A DNA stretch of 64,000 nucleotides from Phoronis australis (Eukaryota > Animalia > Phoronida). The stretch spans positions 1 to 64,000 of the forward strand of contig NMRA01000268.1 in assembly GCA_002633005.1 (NCBI GenBank). Reading direction: 5' to 3'. This document shows, in pieces, positions 1 through 13,061 of this stretch (its first letter is position 1; every line of letters begins with the position of its first letter). A model generated the notes under the pieces. The model was not told where the DNA came from. It was given only the letters and a program-made list of their open reading frames with translations, and did not search any database. Position numbers and translations under genes: made by a program.

Positions 1-2
1 TT

Positions 3-593
3 AATCGATTCGTAGCAATCGCATATCCACTCCGATATGACCAACTTATGACAAAACGATCGTGTACGGTATTGACCATCGCAGCACTCTTTTATCCCAT
101 TATAGTGCTTGTCACGTGCATATTGATTTCAACGTACCACTTCGGCTACGTTGTGCCGAGCGGACAACTGTGCGTTTTTGAGACGCTTGTTGGACCTAAG
201 GTCGCTCGTATTGGATTTGCGTTTGGTTACTACATACCGATGCTCGGAACTTACCCGACTCACATTTACACAGCTATTGCAGCTTGGAGACAAAAACGAA
301 AGATTGCAGCGGCAGGTTTACACGTCAACGAAGATACTCGTAGACAATATCTCTTGCTTCGTACACTATCTAGGGTCTTGCTACTTTATACAGTATGTTA
401 CTTCCCATCTTCAATATTAAGAATAGTAGTTCAGGTGAAACCAAGCTCACCATGGCCCCTGCAAGTCGTTAACGACTTGTTCATAATTCTCATGCACGTG
501 AATAGTGCACTTAATCCCCTTATCTACGCTGTTTCTTGCGCCAATTTTCGGAAAGCCTTCAAAAAACTTATTTGTGCATGTCAAAACAACTAG
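3..593 (+). CDS. Class A (rhodopsin-like) GPCR, 5'-partial (end of TM3 to C-terminus)
   Basis: Frame is open from the window edge: NRFVAIAYPLRYDQLMTKR (DRY-motif variant), TM5 YYIPML, TM6 CYFP, TM7 NSALNPLIY, helix 8 NFRKAFKKLIC, stop at 591-593. The true start lies upstream of the window. Confidence 0.93.
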   Translation, partial: NRFVAIAYPLRYDQLMTKRSCTVLTIAALFYPIIVLVTCILISTYHFGYVVPSGQLCVFETLVGPKVARIGFAFGYYIPMLGTYPTHIYTAIAAWRQKRKIAAAGLHVNEDTRRQYLLLRTLSRVLLLYTVCYFPSSILRIVVQVKPSSPWPLQVVNDLFIILMHVNSALNPLIYAVSCANFRKAFKKLICACQNN

Positions 594-767
594 CCATTGA
601 ACGACGTGATGAGATAAATTTCGGAAGTTCGTGAGAGTCATAGGTCGACGAAATTCCCAATGACTCATAACCATGGGAAAAATGTAAATGTTCAGCACTA
701 AAGTTTTGCCGATCCTAAGCTCTGAACAGTTTCAAGTTCAAACGAAATCTGTGTGCACCTTCCTCAT

Positions 768-1002
768 ACTGCAGTTGCATAAACCCCTGAAGCCTTATCT
801 TCCCTTGATTCCATTAAAACATTGCAGGGTCCTTGTGAGTGGCGAACTGGCGACGGAATTTGCATAACAAACACAAACTCTAAATTCAAGGAGGCTAAAT
901 ACTTGACTCAGCGCTTAAAGTTATTGTTGAACAATGCACCTGACGTCATGCAACAATCTAACTTATCCAGCGGATAACTTTTGAAGCTTTATGCAACTCA
1001 GT
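768..1002. mobile_element. Degraded MITE-like inverted-repeat element
   Basis: agttgcataaa (773-783) is inverted to tttatgcaact (988-998); no clean TSD. Confidence 0.35.
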
Positions 1003-2739
1003 CCTGGTGAAAATAAAACTCCGAGTTTGAGCAAGCGAAGCATATGGCAAAGACAGAAAGGAAATTTATTATCCAATTTAAATAATTGAAGTTAGTAAAA
1101 TTAAATTTCCACTTACGTGTAGCTTGCTTTTTCTTAGTGGTCATTTAATGGTTTAATACAGATTAAATTACAAGAACTCGCGTATCGTTTGTTTGATCTT
1201 GACATTGTGTGCTGCTGTGGATTAATGCGTAAGGAACACTCGGCTTTTGACGGAGATTTCCGATGGGTGACCGCACGTTCATCGCGGAAATCCCCTAATT
1301 GGCAACTGCCGGATTTCGCACTGGGACAAAATTAGTAGCCAGCACTTCGTTTTTCTTCGGTTATAAACAATGTTACTTTACAAAACCAGAGTTAAAATAC
1401 AATCAGATTTTCAATGGATTATGTGGGGTGCACTCGAATAGCATTCGTGGGTGCGCAAAAACACTTTCGGAATTGTTTCGGAGCGTCTTGAAAATCCGGA
1501 TGCTGGCGAAGGCCGTCTGCCATGACGTCACAAAATAGTCTCCTTAAATATGTGATTTGGGTGTTTTTGACAATTTTGGCGTCAAGTCACAACTCGAAGT
1601 GGAAGAAGGTATTCAAAGATTTGTTCGATACTAATTTCGTAAAGTTCCATGCACATTTCAGAAGAGCATACTGAATTTTAGCGTCCAACCTTTATGTTTT
1701 ATAAAAGTGAGTTGTGTCAGTGGTGATCGAGGAACATATAAACTCAAGGGCATGTGGTACCAGTAATCTCTTGCGAGTAAAAGGCAGTGAAATCTCGTCC
1801 TCGTACTGTACGGTTCCTCTTACGCATGCCTAGATTTTTACATTTCCCGACCCGGTGACTGAAAATTTCGCTTGCACCGAAGAAAGTCGTTCATCTGCGG
1901 CGCTTTCGTTTCTGTCTGTCCAAAAATGCCTAGTGTACGAGGATATTTAGTAGTATGAAGGCAAGACCACTCAATTCATAGTAATCGTATGTGAGTATTG
2001 GATTTTGAGTGAAAACTGCTCGTTTTTCCAATGCAAGTAACGGGTTGTACTTGCGGTGTCCGAAAAAGATACAAACTTTCACTTTGCAATACGTTTTATT
2101 TGGCCTTTTAAAGAGTAGTCAGTATCAAGAGGTGGAACTGCGCTGAACTGGTTGTTCAAGCCCAACACTATACCAATTGTGGAGTGCTATCTGAACACTG
2201 AGCACACACTTAGTCTATTTAGTATAATTTTTGCAGTGGTTTTGATGTTGTGCCGTTTTTCTTAGACATTATTAATCGTGTACATACACCTGATTCACTT
2301 ACCCAACTACTGAATGCTGTTTCAGAAGTAGCGAAAACAAAACTAATGAAGTCTTCACCAGAGACCAACCACTCGGCAAATGTTCTTAGGGTTGTCTCAG
2401 AAGCATGGCCCCGCATACACTGGAATGGAAGAGTGAATCAAATGCAGTCAAGCTCTATGTCAGTTCTACTAAATTACAGATAACGTTACTTCACATGTAA
2501 CAGCAAGGGTAGACAATGACCACTGTCTCTAGCGGGCTATTAGAAACGGTGAAGCTCCTATAAGCAATTCACACTGATTAAACATCAAAGTCACGTTTTT
2601 ATAAGTACCTTTTGCGCATTGAGGGACACCTTCGGAGGCCGTCGATGTCTTTAATTCCTTCCAACTCGCACAAATCCTCCCATTTTTACACCGCGCACGC
2701 CAATCCTAGCGGGCAAAATGACACCAAAGATAGCACTGT

Positions 2740-3215
2740 GAAGACTATTTTTCAAATTTTCGCTTCGCAGAGCTATAGCTCATAGCTCAGCGGTCCTTTG
2801 AGTGATTCTTTTGAAACTTCATGTGCGGAGTCGTCAGCAATGCACATTTGTCTTGTGTTACAGCCAACGTTCTAGAAATATTTGCATTTTTTCAATTAAT
2901 TCTCTTGTATTGATTTCTCCGGCGTTCCTTAACTGATCTTTCTGAAATTTGGTGTGCGGGTGTATCTAACCAAGCGCTGGCTAATGTGTTATTCGTTTTT
3001 CGTTGTGGATTACCGTTCTCGAGCTATTTGACATTTGCTGACCAGATGGCTATCATGGTCTTTCTATACGGGTTTGCACAGTTACGCATCCTTCCATTGT
3101 ATTCTTGACCATCTTTCATCACCACCATCGCCAATGGCGTCCTCATCACCAATTGTCTCTTAAAATGTTAGCAGAAGACGGAAGAACCATACGGGACGCT
3201 TGTCCCGCCACACAT
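2740..3215 (+). mobile_element. Non-autonomous interspersed repeat with 3' hairpin (possibly Helitron/Helentron-like)
   Basis: Terminal hairpin cgggac-gctt-gtcccg (3192-3207). ttaccgttctcgagctatttgac at about 3010 matches the reverse complement of the core motif of the 19.8-25.4 kb array. Confidence 0.35.
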
Positions 3216-4429
3216 TTATAATCTAAAAATTGACTTTTCCCTTATACATGTAACATACCTGAAAGAATCCGTAAAGGTGGATAAAAAGGTACACGAATCC
3301 TGCATATTCTTGTTCAGGGTATGGTTTTAAATCCTGGAACCATCGTGGGACGACTTTTCTCACCTGTTTTAATTAGAGACCGGGTGGGAGAGTTTTGGTT
3401 GGGAACAGCGTCGCCTTTGAGATTAGTGTCGATGGGTTTAGTGTCGTCTGTATGTTCATCAGTGTTTTGATTGCTAATTGATGTGATGCTGTGACAACAA
3501 TGTTGTTAATGTGGGTACCGGATGTTTTCTTGTCAAATCAGTGTTGCTCCAGTCATTCGCATGACATAGCCGACGTCGCTGTCGTCAAAAACTTTAGCGT
3601 TTACACCCTCAATACCACGGCATTGTTGTCGGCTGGCCGACGTCGTTCGAATGCTGCTATCGCCGTCGGCAGTGGCGACACTGTCATTGCTGTTTTCGGT
3701 GTAGACAGCGTCTTGCCATTAGCAGCGACCTCGTTGTCATTGACAGTCTTGTGTCTTTACAGTTGCAATGGCGTATGTGTCATTGAGCTTCCGATGGAAT
3801 CATCGCTGTTGTTATAACGTCGTCAGCGGTGTCTTTGTTGTCATTGGTGTGAAGAGCCTCGTCTTCGTATCCGTTGGTGTTGTTGCTTTTGTCTTCGTTA
3901 TTCATTCTATTTCGCCAATTGTAAATTTCATTTACTCACTTTTTGTCCTTGGCGTCTGATTTGCTCGTACAACACTGGTGGGTGTTCTTGTGGACTGTTC
4001 AGTCACAGTGATATGCATATGAGGATGGTGAGGCACTTCAGAGCTCAAAAATGTGTTGCCTGCAAAGAGATTTCTGATCCGCTGGTCTTGGTGGACATGT
4101 ACTATTAGCCGGCGGCTTGGAACTTTGCAAGCTGAATTGACCCCATCTTTTACTCCCTTGGTTCATATGCAGGCTACTACGAAAACAGTCAGGTCTTTTA
4201 CTCGTAGTGTCTGGATGGTCGTTTCTCTCCAAGACGGACTGCTAAATCTAATCGTGTTATCTTAAACATAAGATTCCGAAAAATTCAAAGTTTAGTACAG
4301 CTTCACACTGCTACGACAGAGATTATTAATGCAGCGTTTCCTAAACTGCAGGGCATTCGAATCCTTAATCCAATCAGGGTCCTGAGCTGGATGTTTCGTT
4401 ACTAGCTATCAGAATAAAAGTTATAAAAA

Positions 4430-5249
4430 TAATGTTTATACGTTATTCTGTTCTAACTGACGTTGCGGTAGAAAAAATATGTTTATACATCATTCCGTTC
4501 TACCTAATGTTGTGGTAGAAAACATTATATTTATACATCATTCTGTTCTAACTGACGTTGTGGTAGAAAAAATATTTTGTTTGTACAATATTCTGTTCTA
4601 ACTGACGTTGCGGTAGAAATGTATTATGTTTAAACATTATTCTGTTCTAACTGACATTGTGGTAGTAAACATTATGTTCACACATTATTCTGTTTTAACT
4701 GACGTTGTGGTAGAAAAATATTATGTTCATACATTATTCTGTTTTAACTGACTTTGTTGTAGAAAACAGGTTTATACATTATTCTGTTCTAATTGACGTT
4801 GTGGTAGGAAAAATATTATGTTCATACATTATTCTGTTCTAACTGACGTTGTGGTAGAAAAATATTTCGTCTATACATTTTTCTGTTCTAACTGACGTTG
4901 TGGTAGGAAAAATATTATGTTCATACATTATTCTGTTCTAACTGCCGTTGTGGTAGAAAAAATATTTTGTTTATACATTTTTCTGTTCTAACTGACGTTG
5001 CGGTAGAAATGTATTATGTTTATACATTATTCTGTTCTAACTGACCTTGTTGTAGAAAACATTATGTTTATACATTATTCTGTTCTAACTGACGCTGTGG
5101 TGGAAAAATATTATGTTTATATATTATTCTGTTCTAACTGACGTTGTGGTAGAAAACAGGTTTATACATTATTCTGTTCTAACTGATGTTGTGGCAGAAA
5201 AAATAGCATGTTCATACATTATCCTGTTTTAACTGATATTGTGGTAGAT
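4430..5249. repeat. Minisatellite, about 17 copies of a 45-50 bp unit
   Basis: Consensus about TATGTTTATACATTATTCTGTTCTAACTGACGTTGTGGTAGAAAAA. The anchor ttctgtt recurs at 4446, 4493, 4541, 4591, 4640, 4688, 4737, 4782, 4832, 4881, 4931, 4981, 5030, 5078, 5127, 5172 and 5222. Confidence 0.95.
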
Positions 5250-5469
5250 GGGTTGATTTGGCACCGGCGTCGCGTGTAGGCCAAATATGTTTAACACAAA
5301 GCAATGTTCACGGCCGTCTGTAGCGCAACAGTAAAGCAGACGACCAAGAGGCATATGAAAACCAACGATTAAAATCTCACAGCTATACTTATTACACATG
5401 AATAAAAGGACACAGGCTCACAAGAATATGTGACGAAATGTTGAAGTTTGTGTAGTCTTTGATGATTAA

Positions 5470-5915
5470 TTGAATCCTGTTCTGTACTACCTGCTGTTGG
5501 CAATTCTGATCACCACGCAGTTGAAATCACTAACACTTTTAAAAACAAACCGGTCAAAGAACAAGACATCACAAGAACGAGATGAAAATATGATCAAGTC
5601 AAAACCGACAAACTACGTCAGGATTTCATCTCCATTGATTGGCATTACATATTGGACACCGGCGACATTGATGACAATGTTTCACTCTTCACTAGACGTA
5701 TTCTTTACGACATTTAAAAAACAACATCCCATCAACTAAAAAGACAATTAAACACAACAGTCAACCATGCTTCAACAATAATATTAAACGGGCTATCCGC
5801 ACCAGAAACAGACTTTACAGCTCGTTCAGAAGATCTACCAACACTGTAATACGGAACAGATTCAAGGAGCAGTCACGCCTGGTGGAGATCGACTTTAGTA
5901 AATCAAGCCGAAGCT
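5470..5915 (+). mobile_element. CR1/L2-group LINE ORF2 remnant, 5' piece (end of APE endonuclease and linker)
   Basis: Frameshifted translations give VLPAVGNSDHHAV (APE C-terminal SDH motif), LRQDFISIDWHYILDTGDIDD and IPSTKKTIKHNSQPCFNNNIKRAIRTRNRLY. Confidence 0.75.
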
Positions 5916-8900
5916 GATCGCTGCCAAAATATTCAGATTTGTTGTGTAATTTTGTTGGATTTCCTTGGGGAAAGTGGAAACTATGCATTTTTGGAAACCT
6001 CATGGAGCAACAAATCAGAAAATAATTGATTTCATTTTTTGACGGATTTCCAAAAATGATGCCGGTTAAGATAGATTTCATCTCCCCCTTTGAGTCATTT
6101 AGAATGTTACTTTTGATGGCTGCATCCACATTTTTGTGGTCAATAAATCTGAAAATGAAACTTATTATTAAATGTGAAACATAATCGAAAGCCCATTTAT
6201 TAGCAGCCACATTTTGTAAATACATTCTTCATGTATTCCAGCATATATGGTCACTATCTTACTTTCTTGCATATTTTGTTCTGGTTTGTTTCCTTCAACA
6301 AACTTAAACTAAACCAGTATCTAAACAACTTCTTTACGGTTGCAGAACATGAAAGTAACATGTATATTGTAGTGTTAATAGTCTTTCATTAAACTTTTAA
6401 ACCAGTCTATAGATCGTTACTATCGCTATCATGGCATAGATCAGTGCAAGAGCATCTTTGGGAAGAGCAATCCTTTTTGCACTGGCGTTTCACCATCTCA
6501 ATCATAGCCTCTGGCGCCGGAAACTCCCCAGTTGTGAGGGGCTCAGCTGGTCATCTTTGTCATTCGGCATTGAGTCAAGGAAATCCTGTTGAACAATGGT
6601 AGCCTGGCCCCACACTCTGGCCTGAATAAACACCCTCAGCACATGCTGTTTCAAAGAACCAATGGTTGGCGGACGTTTGTCGCTGTCAGCCTTAAGTTTG
6701 AAGAAGAGGTACCATCTCAGCTCTGGGATGCTATTTGTGCCAATACTCTGTGGTGAGTATGCAGCACATGTAAAGGGGGATTAATGTGAACAGAGTTAAC
6801 CTGTTACTTCAGAGGCGTTACAAAGAGTTTGCAGTGCATTGAAAACATCACTGTATGTCTTCAAATATATATTCCATCACACAATCGACCAGTGTTGGCT
6901 GTCCCTATAAAAGCATGGAAAGTCGGAAGAGCCTTTGCCCGGGCACCACCAAATGTTGTCCATATTGGATTCGCGTCCACAATCTCAGATGCCATGGAGA
7001 CTGAAATATTTCGGAGAATCCTGTCATAATAGGCAATAACGAATACCAGTAGATCTGTGTCAGGTGAAAAAACATCAGCTGATAATCAGGGACATTTCGA
7101 TGTGTTGCCAGGATTGCATGATGCATTAACAATGAATCTGCTTCTTCGTGATTGTTTTCGTCAAAGCGTAGATCACGTCTGTTGCTCTTTGTGCATCCTG
7201 AAGCTGAAGTAATGACTATCTTGGCAGAGTCTTTGCTGTATTCAATTGTCTTTGCAGACTTATATTCAGTCAGTTGAGCCTTTTTTGGTCATGGGAGAGG
7301 AAACGGCTCATTGAGATATTCTGGATGTTAGTCTCATCTCTTTGGCACTGTACTGGGCCCTTTCTTTGCCTCCTTTTCTTCTTGTGGCTTGTTTCAATGA
7401 TCTCGTCATAATTTCTAGTTAAGAACAGCACTTCCATGCAATCCACACGTGAAATTTTGTGGCTTGGGTGAACACACTCAGTAGATGTCGTTTACATGTT
7501 TTCTGGGTGTAAAACCTCTCTTGCAGCTTGAGGACTGTCCTGTTCTGAAAGATTCTGCAGAAGGTGGATTAGCTTCGACTTGTCTGTGCATGGCAGCATT
7601 GCCCCACTGGCAGCAAGCAATGCTCTTGGTGTTATGATGAATTCATAGAGGCTGATAGCATGTTTCTGGTCGATTTGTCTATTTGACTTGACAAGTACCA
7701 GCAACCTGCCATACAGATCCTTGGTCTCCTTGAGATTCACGGTGTTGTCACGAAATTTTATCGCTGCCTTCTTGTGTCTTGACATGAGCATCTTATTGTT
7801 CACCTTTTTGGCTGATTACCAAAGGCTCTTATCTTCATTGATTCTCTTGTTTGTCCGTGTCGTCAGCATACAAGATCTTTGGGTCATACTTTTGTAGGAC
7901 ATAGGCATGTGTGATCATATATACCTGGTTACACTGCACTGTAGCTGGATTGCCATGGCTGAGTATGGCGCTTTTAATCTTGTTGATAGCATTGTGACCT
8001 CCCTTGATCTGATAGGTCAGGGTGCTGCTGCTTGATGCCTGCTTCAGTGCTGAACTGACTCTTGAAATCTCTGGACAGACAGGACAGTTCTGGGGTTGCC
8101 ATGGAGAATCTCTGCCTGGCATTGGCATTGTTGGAAATATCGGTCAGTCCAGAATGGAGGTTCATCACCTTGTTGAGGTGTTCACAAGCGTGGTCTGTAC
8201 CAATGGACACAAATGGGATTTCGGTTTTGGTGACTGGTCAGTTGCCTGTTCCAAGTTCATTCCATATGTCGGGTAGTTGGTACTTAGGTCTTGCATATCA
8301 ATAATGTATATGGGCCAGAGCCCTTTGTATTTGATGCGACCAAAAGCAAAGAAGGCTCTTATTGAATCAGCAGATGGTGCCACAGATAGCAGGATGGTTT
8401 TCGAGTCACTGAATGTTTTCATTATCTCGACAATTGCCAACAATTCAAGGAAATAGTGGTGAACTTGCTCTGTGCTCTCGGCCTGTCTGGTGTTGTTCTC
8501 TGAACAGGCTTTTACTGCTGATTTTACAGCCTCACAGCACATGGGTTCTAATTGTGAGTTTTCTTTAAAGAACTCTTTTAGGACTCTCAAACAGTGCTGT
8601 ATATGAGTAAAGGTGGGCTCGGAGAGTGTGCTTGTAGTGAGTGCACTTTAGAATCTGTCTAGTTGTTGCTGTGCCAAAGACGTCGGCTTCTATCTAGGCA
8701 TCATCTATGCCGGAATTATTACATATATCTATGTCCGTTCGAAGAGCTCTCACATATGCCATTACTGCATGCAAGTCTTGGGATCACCGTTTGCTTACGT
8801 TCAGCTCTGGTATCTAGGAGCTGTACAACCCTCTGGTATAGAGTCGTGTCGCATGAAATGACTACTTCGTCAACAGCCAGCCTCCCCAATTGGCACGTCT

Positions 8901-9676
8901 GCATAACAACTGTTAGCAGGTTCGACCACTCAAGGGCCACCTTTGGACGTAGTGAGTGGTAAGGCACCAATTTCAGTCAGAGACTGGCTTGTAGAGATCA
9001 GTGAGTTGTAGCCTGCCACCCAGCATTGGATATGTCTGTTCTCGTCATGGACCCTCAGCCTGGTTACTGCCAAAGTCACCTGCCATCCGACGAAAATTGT
9101 ATTTCCATCGAGTAGAGAAGAGCTGGATTCCAAAGTAAATAATATCGAAAGCTTCAAAAGATGTGTCTCAAATGTCTTTTCAAAAAGATATAGATAAAGG
9201 TATATCTGCGTTTCTGTGATTCTTTTACATATTCTGGGGTTTCGTAGCTGCTACTAAAATGCCTTAGATTACATTATCATTTCAGAAATAATGTTTTTCA
9301 ATTCCTTATCCCACAAAATGTGGGTGCAGCCATTAAACTAACATTCTAAGTGGCCCAAGAACAGAGATACTGAGCAAAAAATATTTTGCGGCCGCCATTT
9401 TTGAAATTCCAATAGGGCAGCCAATAAAATTAAAATTTCCAATTTTATGTCCTCAGAAGTGCGGGTGTTGCGATTAAAACTACAACATTCTAAGTGGCAC
9501 AAGAACAGAGACATTGGACAAAATCTATTTCACCAGCGCCATTTTTGAAAACCAGGATGGCCACCAAGATGGCCGCCAAAAATGGAATCAATGATTTTCT
9601 CCAAAAAATTATAGTTTCCACTTTCCCCCAAAAAGTTCCAACGAATGTCAAAATTTGAACATGGTGAACCTGACTA
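5916..9676 (-). mobile_element. Academ-superfamily (XPG-type) DNA transposon, degraded and internally deleted
   Basis: Imperfect TIRs: ggggaaagtggaaactatgcatttttgg (about 5967-5994) versus ccaaaaaattatagtttccactttcccc (9601-9628). The right end reads TAGTCAGG on the - strand. Contains transposase and XPG remnants and interrupts a LINE. Confidence 0.75.
6410..9060 (-). pseudogene. Academ transposase with XPG/PIN-like nuclease and C-terminal Cys cluster, many stops and frameshifts
   Basis: WVAGYNSL, EWSNLLTV, GIDDA*IEADVFGTATTRQILKCTHYK, DHACEHLNK, DLYGRLLVL..CTDKSKLIHLL, NNHEEADS, SPDTDLLV, LPTFHAFIG, PAPEAMIEMVKRQCKKDCSSQRCSCTDLC. Confidence 0.8.
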
Positions 9677-9677
9677 A

Positions 9678-11320
9678 AAGCTTTGTTTTACAAATTAACA
9701 ATGTAAGCAAGAACTCCAAAGAATATTGGAATATTATCAATAAATTACGCGGCAGTCAACAACAGTCCTCTTACCCAGTCATCAACCACAATCGTAATCT
9801 AGCCTCAAGTAGCAGTGATAAGACTGACCTATTTCTCATTTTTTTCACGAACAAAGGCCACATTACACCAATTGATGCAGGTATTTTCTCTTGTCTGATA
9901 TCCAAACAGATGTCTGGAAGTATCTTATTATCTCTATAAAATTGACTCCAATAAGAATGATGGAACAGCTTTTATCACAAGGAGGATGATCAAAATGATT
10001 TCCAAAGACATTACCATGCCTTTAACCAACCTATTTAACAAATTTCTTCAGCTAGGTATGTATCCGTCTTCTTGGAAGCATGGAATTATGGTCCTTATGC
10101 ACAAAAAGACTCCAAAACTGAAATGTCTAATTATCGCCCAATAATTTTGCTTAACACCCTATCCAAAATCTTCTCAAACAAAACAACTAGATTAATCATC
10201 GTCAATTTGGATTTTTCCTGGAAAGAGCACCGTGGCACAACTTGTTGAACTAGTTCTTGAGATTCATATACATTTTAAGAAGGGTGAGAGTGTCAGGTCC
10301 ATCTTTCTAGATATAGCCTCTTCTTTTCGACTGTGCCCCTCATCACCTTCTACTCCACAAACTTCGATCCTATGGCATTACTGGGAATCTTATAAATATA
10401 TCTCATATCTTTCTGATCATACATACAGTGTTCGTGTCGACGATGTTCTTTCAACATCGTCTCCTCCTGGGTTTGTAAGTGTGTACTGCAGGTGTATCGC
10501 AGGGTAGCGTATTAGGCCATCTTCTTTTCTTGGTTTATATTAATGACCTTCCTGATAACCTGTCATGTAGCGCATACCTTTAGGCAGATGACACGGCGCT
10601 TTTTTACCCCCTTGCAGGGGGAACCCTTGAGAGTTTTTTGCAGCTACTACACGACTTGAATAAACTCAGCTGTTGGTCACATGAATGGAGAATGAATTTT
10701 AAATCAGAAAAAACGTTGACCTCATAATTTTGACAACTCAATAGCCCTGACACAATTCTCGCTTCCCCGCGAAAACGAAATAGCACTGTACCGATCGAGA
10801 TGCAATCTTTTCCTCAACTCCGACGAGTTTAGGCACAATTTTAGTAATGTCTCTCCAAACTGTAAATGTGGTGACCATCAATCTTATCCTCATGTTGTCT
10901 TCAAACGTCCCCTCATCGAATACCTGAGAAACTCACTCTTTCGTGCACTCCATAAAAATCAATTAACTGTAAAAAATGCTTTCAATCCTGTAATAATATC
11001 TCTACTAAAGTTACATTATTATTAAATGGTAGTCCAAACTTCGACGTTTTTCTCAATGAATTCCTCTTAAGCAATGATACTAAATTTCTATGCATCGCTT
11101 ATGAATCCTGTTGCATCTGATTTCCATATCTGTACATGTTTTTGCTTTTAATATGTTCGTAATACCATATCTAAATATTTGAATATTTATATTAAATACT
11201 ACTTACATGCATACTACTTTCATTTATCTACTGTCTACAGCCCAGATACAATGCTTCGCGATTTTAGGGTTTGTCATTATTTTCCTTGTATGTTCTGCGT
11301 ATTCTTCAATAAATATATTT
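9678..11320 (+). mobile_element. CR1/L2-group LINE ORF2 remnant, 3' piece (reverse transcriptase, C-terminus, 3' UTR)
   Basis: KEYWNIINKL, PLTNLFNK..YPSSWK, SNYRPIILLNTLSKIF, QFGF..GKSTVAQL, IFLDI, GVSQGSVLG.LLFLVYINDL, L*ADDT (broken YADD), C-terminal NCKCG; aataaa near 11309. Confidence 0.9.
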
Positions 11321-11760
11321 CACCTTGAACAATGAATACTTGGGAAAATACCTTGTTGAATGAGCAGCTCGCGTGTGTGCTCCGCCCGCTGGCACTGTTC
11401 CTGTATTACGTGCATGTGTATATTTCAGCACTGATACTGAAATGTATCTGGGTGGGTCACGACCCATCGTCACATATTCGTGTCATTTTATTTTTGCCTT
11501 ATGATGAGACAAGAAGAGTCACAAATGTAGCTGTCATTTTAGTCGTTAGCCTTCTTTGGTCACTTGACCGTCTGCTTTATTATTGCGTTTCGACCGACGG
11601 TCAAAGATACAGAGAATTCCAGCCACCCAGAACTTGCTAAGAAACTTTAAATTTAACGGAGACCCTACGATTATGTTTTAAACAAAAGGTAAGTCTTAAA
11701 ATTACTTTACTGAATTTGCCTTAGGCGTACTCACGTTTTTGCTCAAATAACACCTAAACG

Positions 11761-12080
11761 CATAGGCGGATTTACGGGAGGGGTCCAGGGGGCCCGCACC
11801 CTCCCCCCCCCCTTGGCTGGTGCAAGCAAAATTAGACGGCAACAACGTAAAGAAATATTGAGTTCACCAACTAGGAACGGCGGCGGGGAGGCCCCAGAGC
11901 GCGGCGGAATCGTGTTCCCGTTTTTTTTGTTTAGTCCTCCGATAGAATTTGGGAACACCAGGTCCACATCGCCAGCCCCCGCAACCTTTCGGGCCGCCTC
12001 TGCATACAATTGCACTTTGCCCAATTCTCCGAGGCAACATGTTGCACCCCCCTCCTTATGGTATCCTAGATCCGCCAATG
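11761..12080. mobile_element. 320-bp MITE with CAT...ATG termini and 5-bp TSD
   Basis: Imperfect TIR cataggcggattta / tagatccgccaatg; TSD aaacg at 11756-11760 and 12081-12085. Confidence 0.8.
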
Positions 12081-12862
12081 AAACGAGTGGCAGGATAAGT
12101 AATTTCATGTCCTGAGTCCTGTGTTGGTGTATTGTAGACTGTGATGAGCGTATGTGCATTTGAAGTTGTTGGAGAATGCGAACCGGTGTTTTTATTTTAT
12201 GGTGTATGTCACATGCTGTAATCTCTTGAAAGCAGAGTGCCATTGTTTGGAGATTCATTACATAAGGGAATTGAAGTGCAAGTCATGAAAATGAGGTGTA
12301 AAGTGGTGCATGTCTCTTATTTGACGAGTTCTGGCATTGGTAGAAATTGCAGTCTCATTTTTGTGGTGTTCGTGATAAATAAGTAAATGAAATTAAACAA
12401 TTTCTTTTTTTTTTGTTCAAAGCATTTTGATTAATGATCATTAATTATGATGGCTTCCTATCTTAAATATATTATTCCCACTTCATATTAATTAAAAACT
12501 TCATGAAGCAAATTTTGACACAAGTTAGAGTGATTCCATATAAAACCAACAGGTAGTCACAGATTTTTTTAAACGTAGCACGTGAGTTTGGTTTGGTGAG
12601 ATGTAGAAAAATTTCGCTTTTTAAGAATTTTCACCCATTCTCTTTTTATGACATGTACCTCCGATTTGCAACAAAATTGGACGCCAACGTTGAATAGTTC
12701 TTGCAGTGCGATCAATAAGGATATGAAAAGGCATACATTCAAGGTCAGGAGAAAATTCATGAAAGACAATTTTAGCAATGACTCAGTTCATGACAGACCT
12801 CAGGTATACACAGTTCAACACAACGGTCTGGACTTCATAGCAAACATACCGAGTGACCCACT

Positions 12863-13061
12863 CTTTGGCGTAGCATGGGGGTTCAGATGCCGCCGGAAGC
12901 CTGCCGAAGGTGGGAGAGGGAGTGCTAAACAGGTATTGTCCAAGGGGACACCAGGCACCTGCTATCTGGGGGTTACATAGCTGCTAACCGGGCATGAGGG
13001 GCGTCACTTGGTGAGGTGTCGACCGGGGGGGGGGGGTAAGGAGGTACTTGCTACGCCACTA
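12863..13061. mobile_element. hAT-like MITE remnant
   Basis: tggcgtagca (12866-12875) is inverted to tgctacgcca (13049-13058); G-rich interior; TSD not resolved. Confidence 0.45.

Noticed and set aside
4430-5249. CRISPR-like periodic array
   Set aside because: The whole unit is repeated with no unique spacers, there are no cas genes, and the context is eukaryotic.
11743-12258. 171-aa ORF
   Set aside because: Spans a GC-rich MITE and has no domain features.
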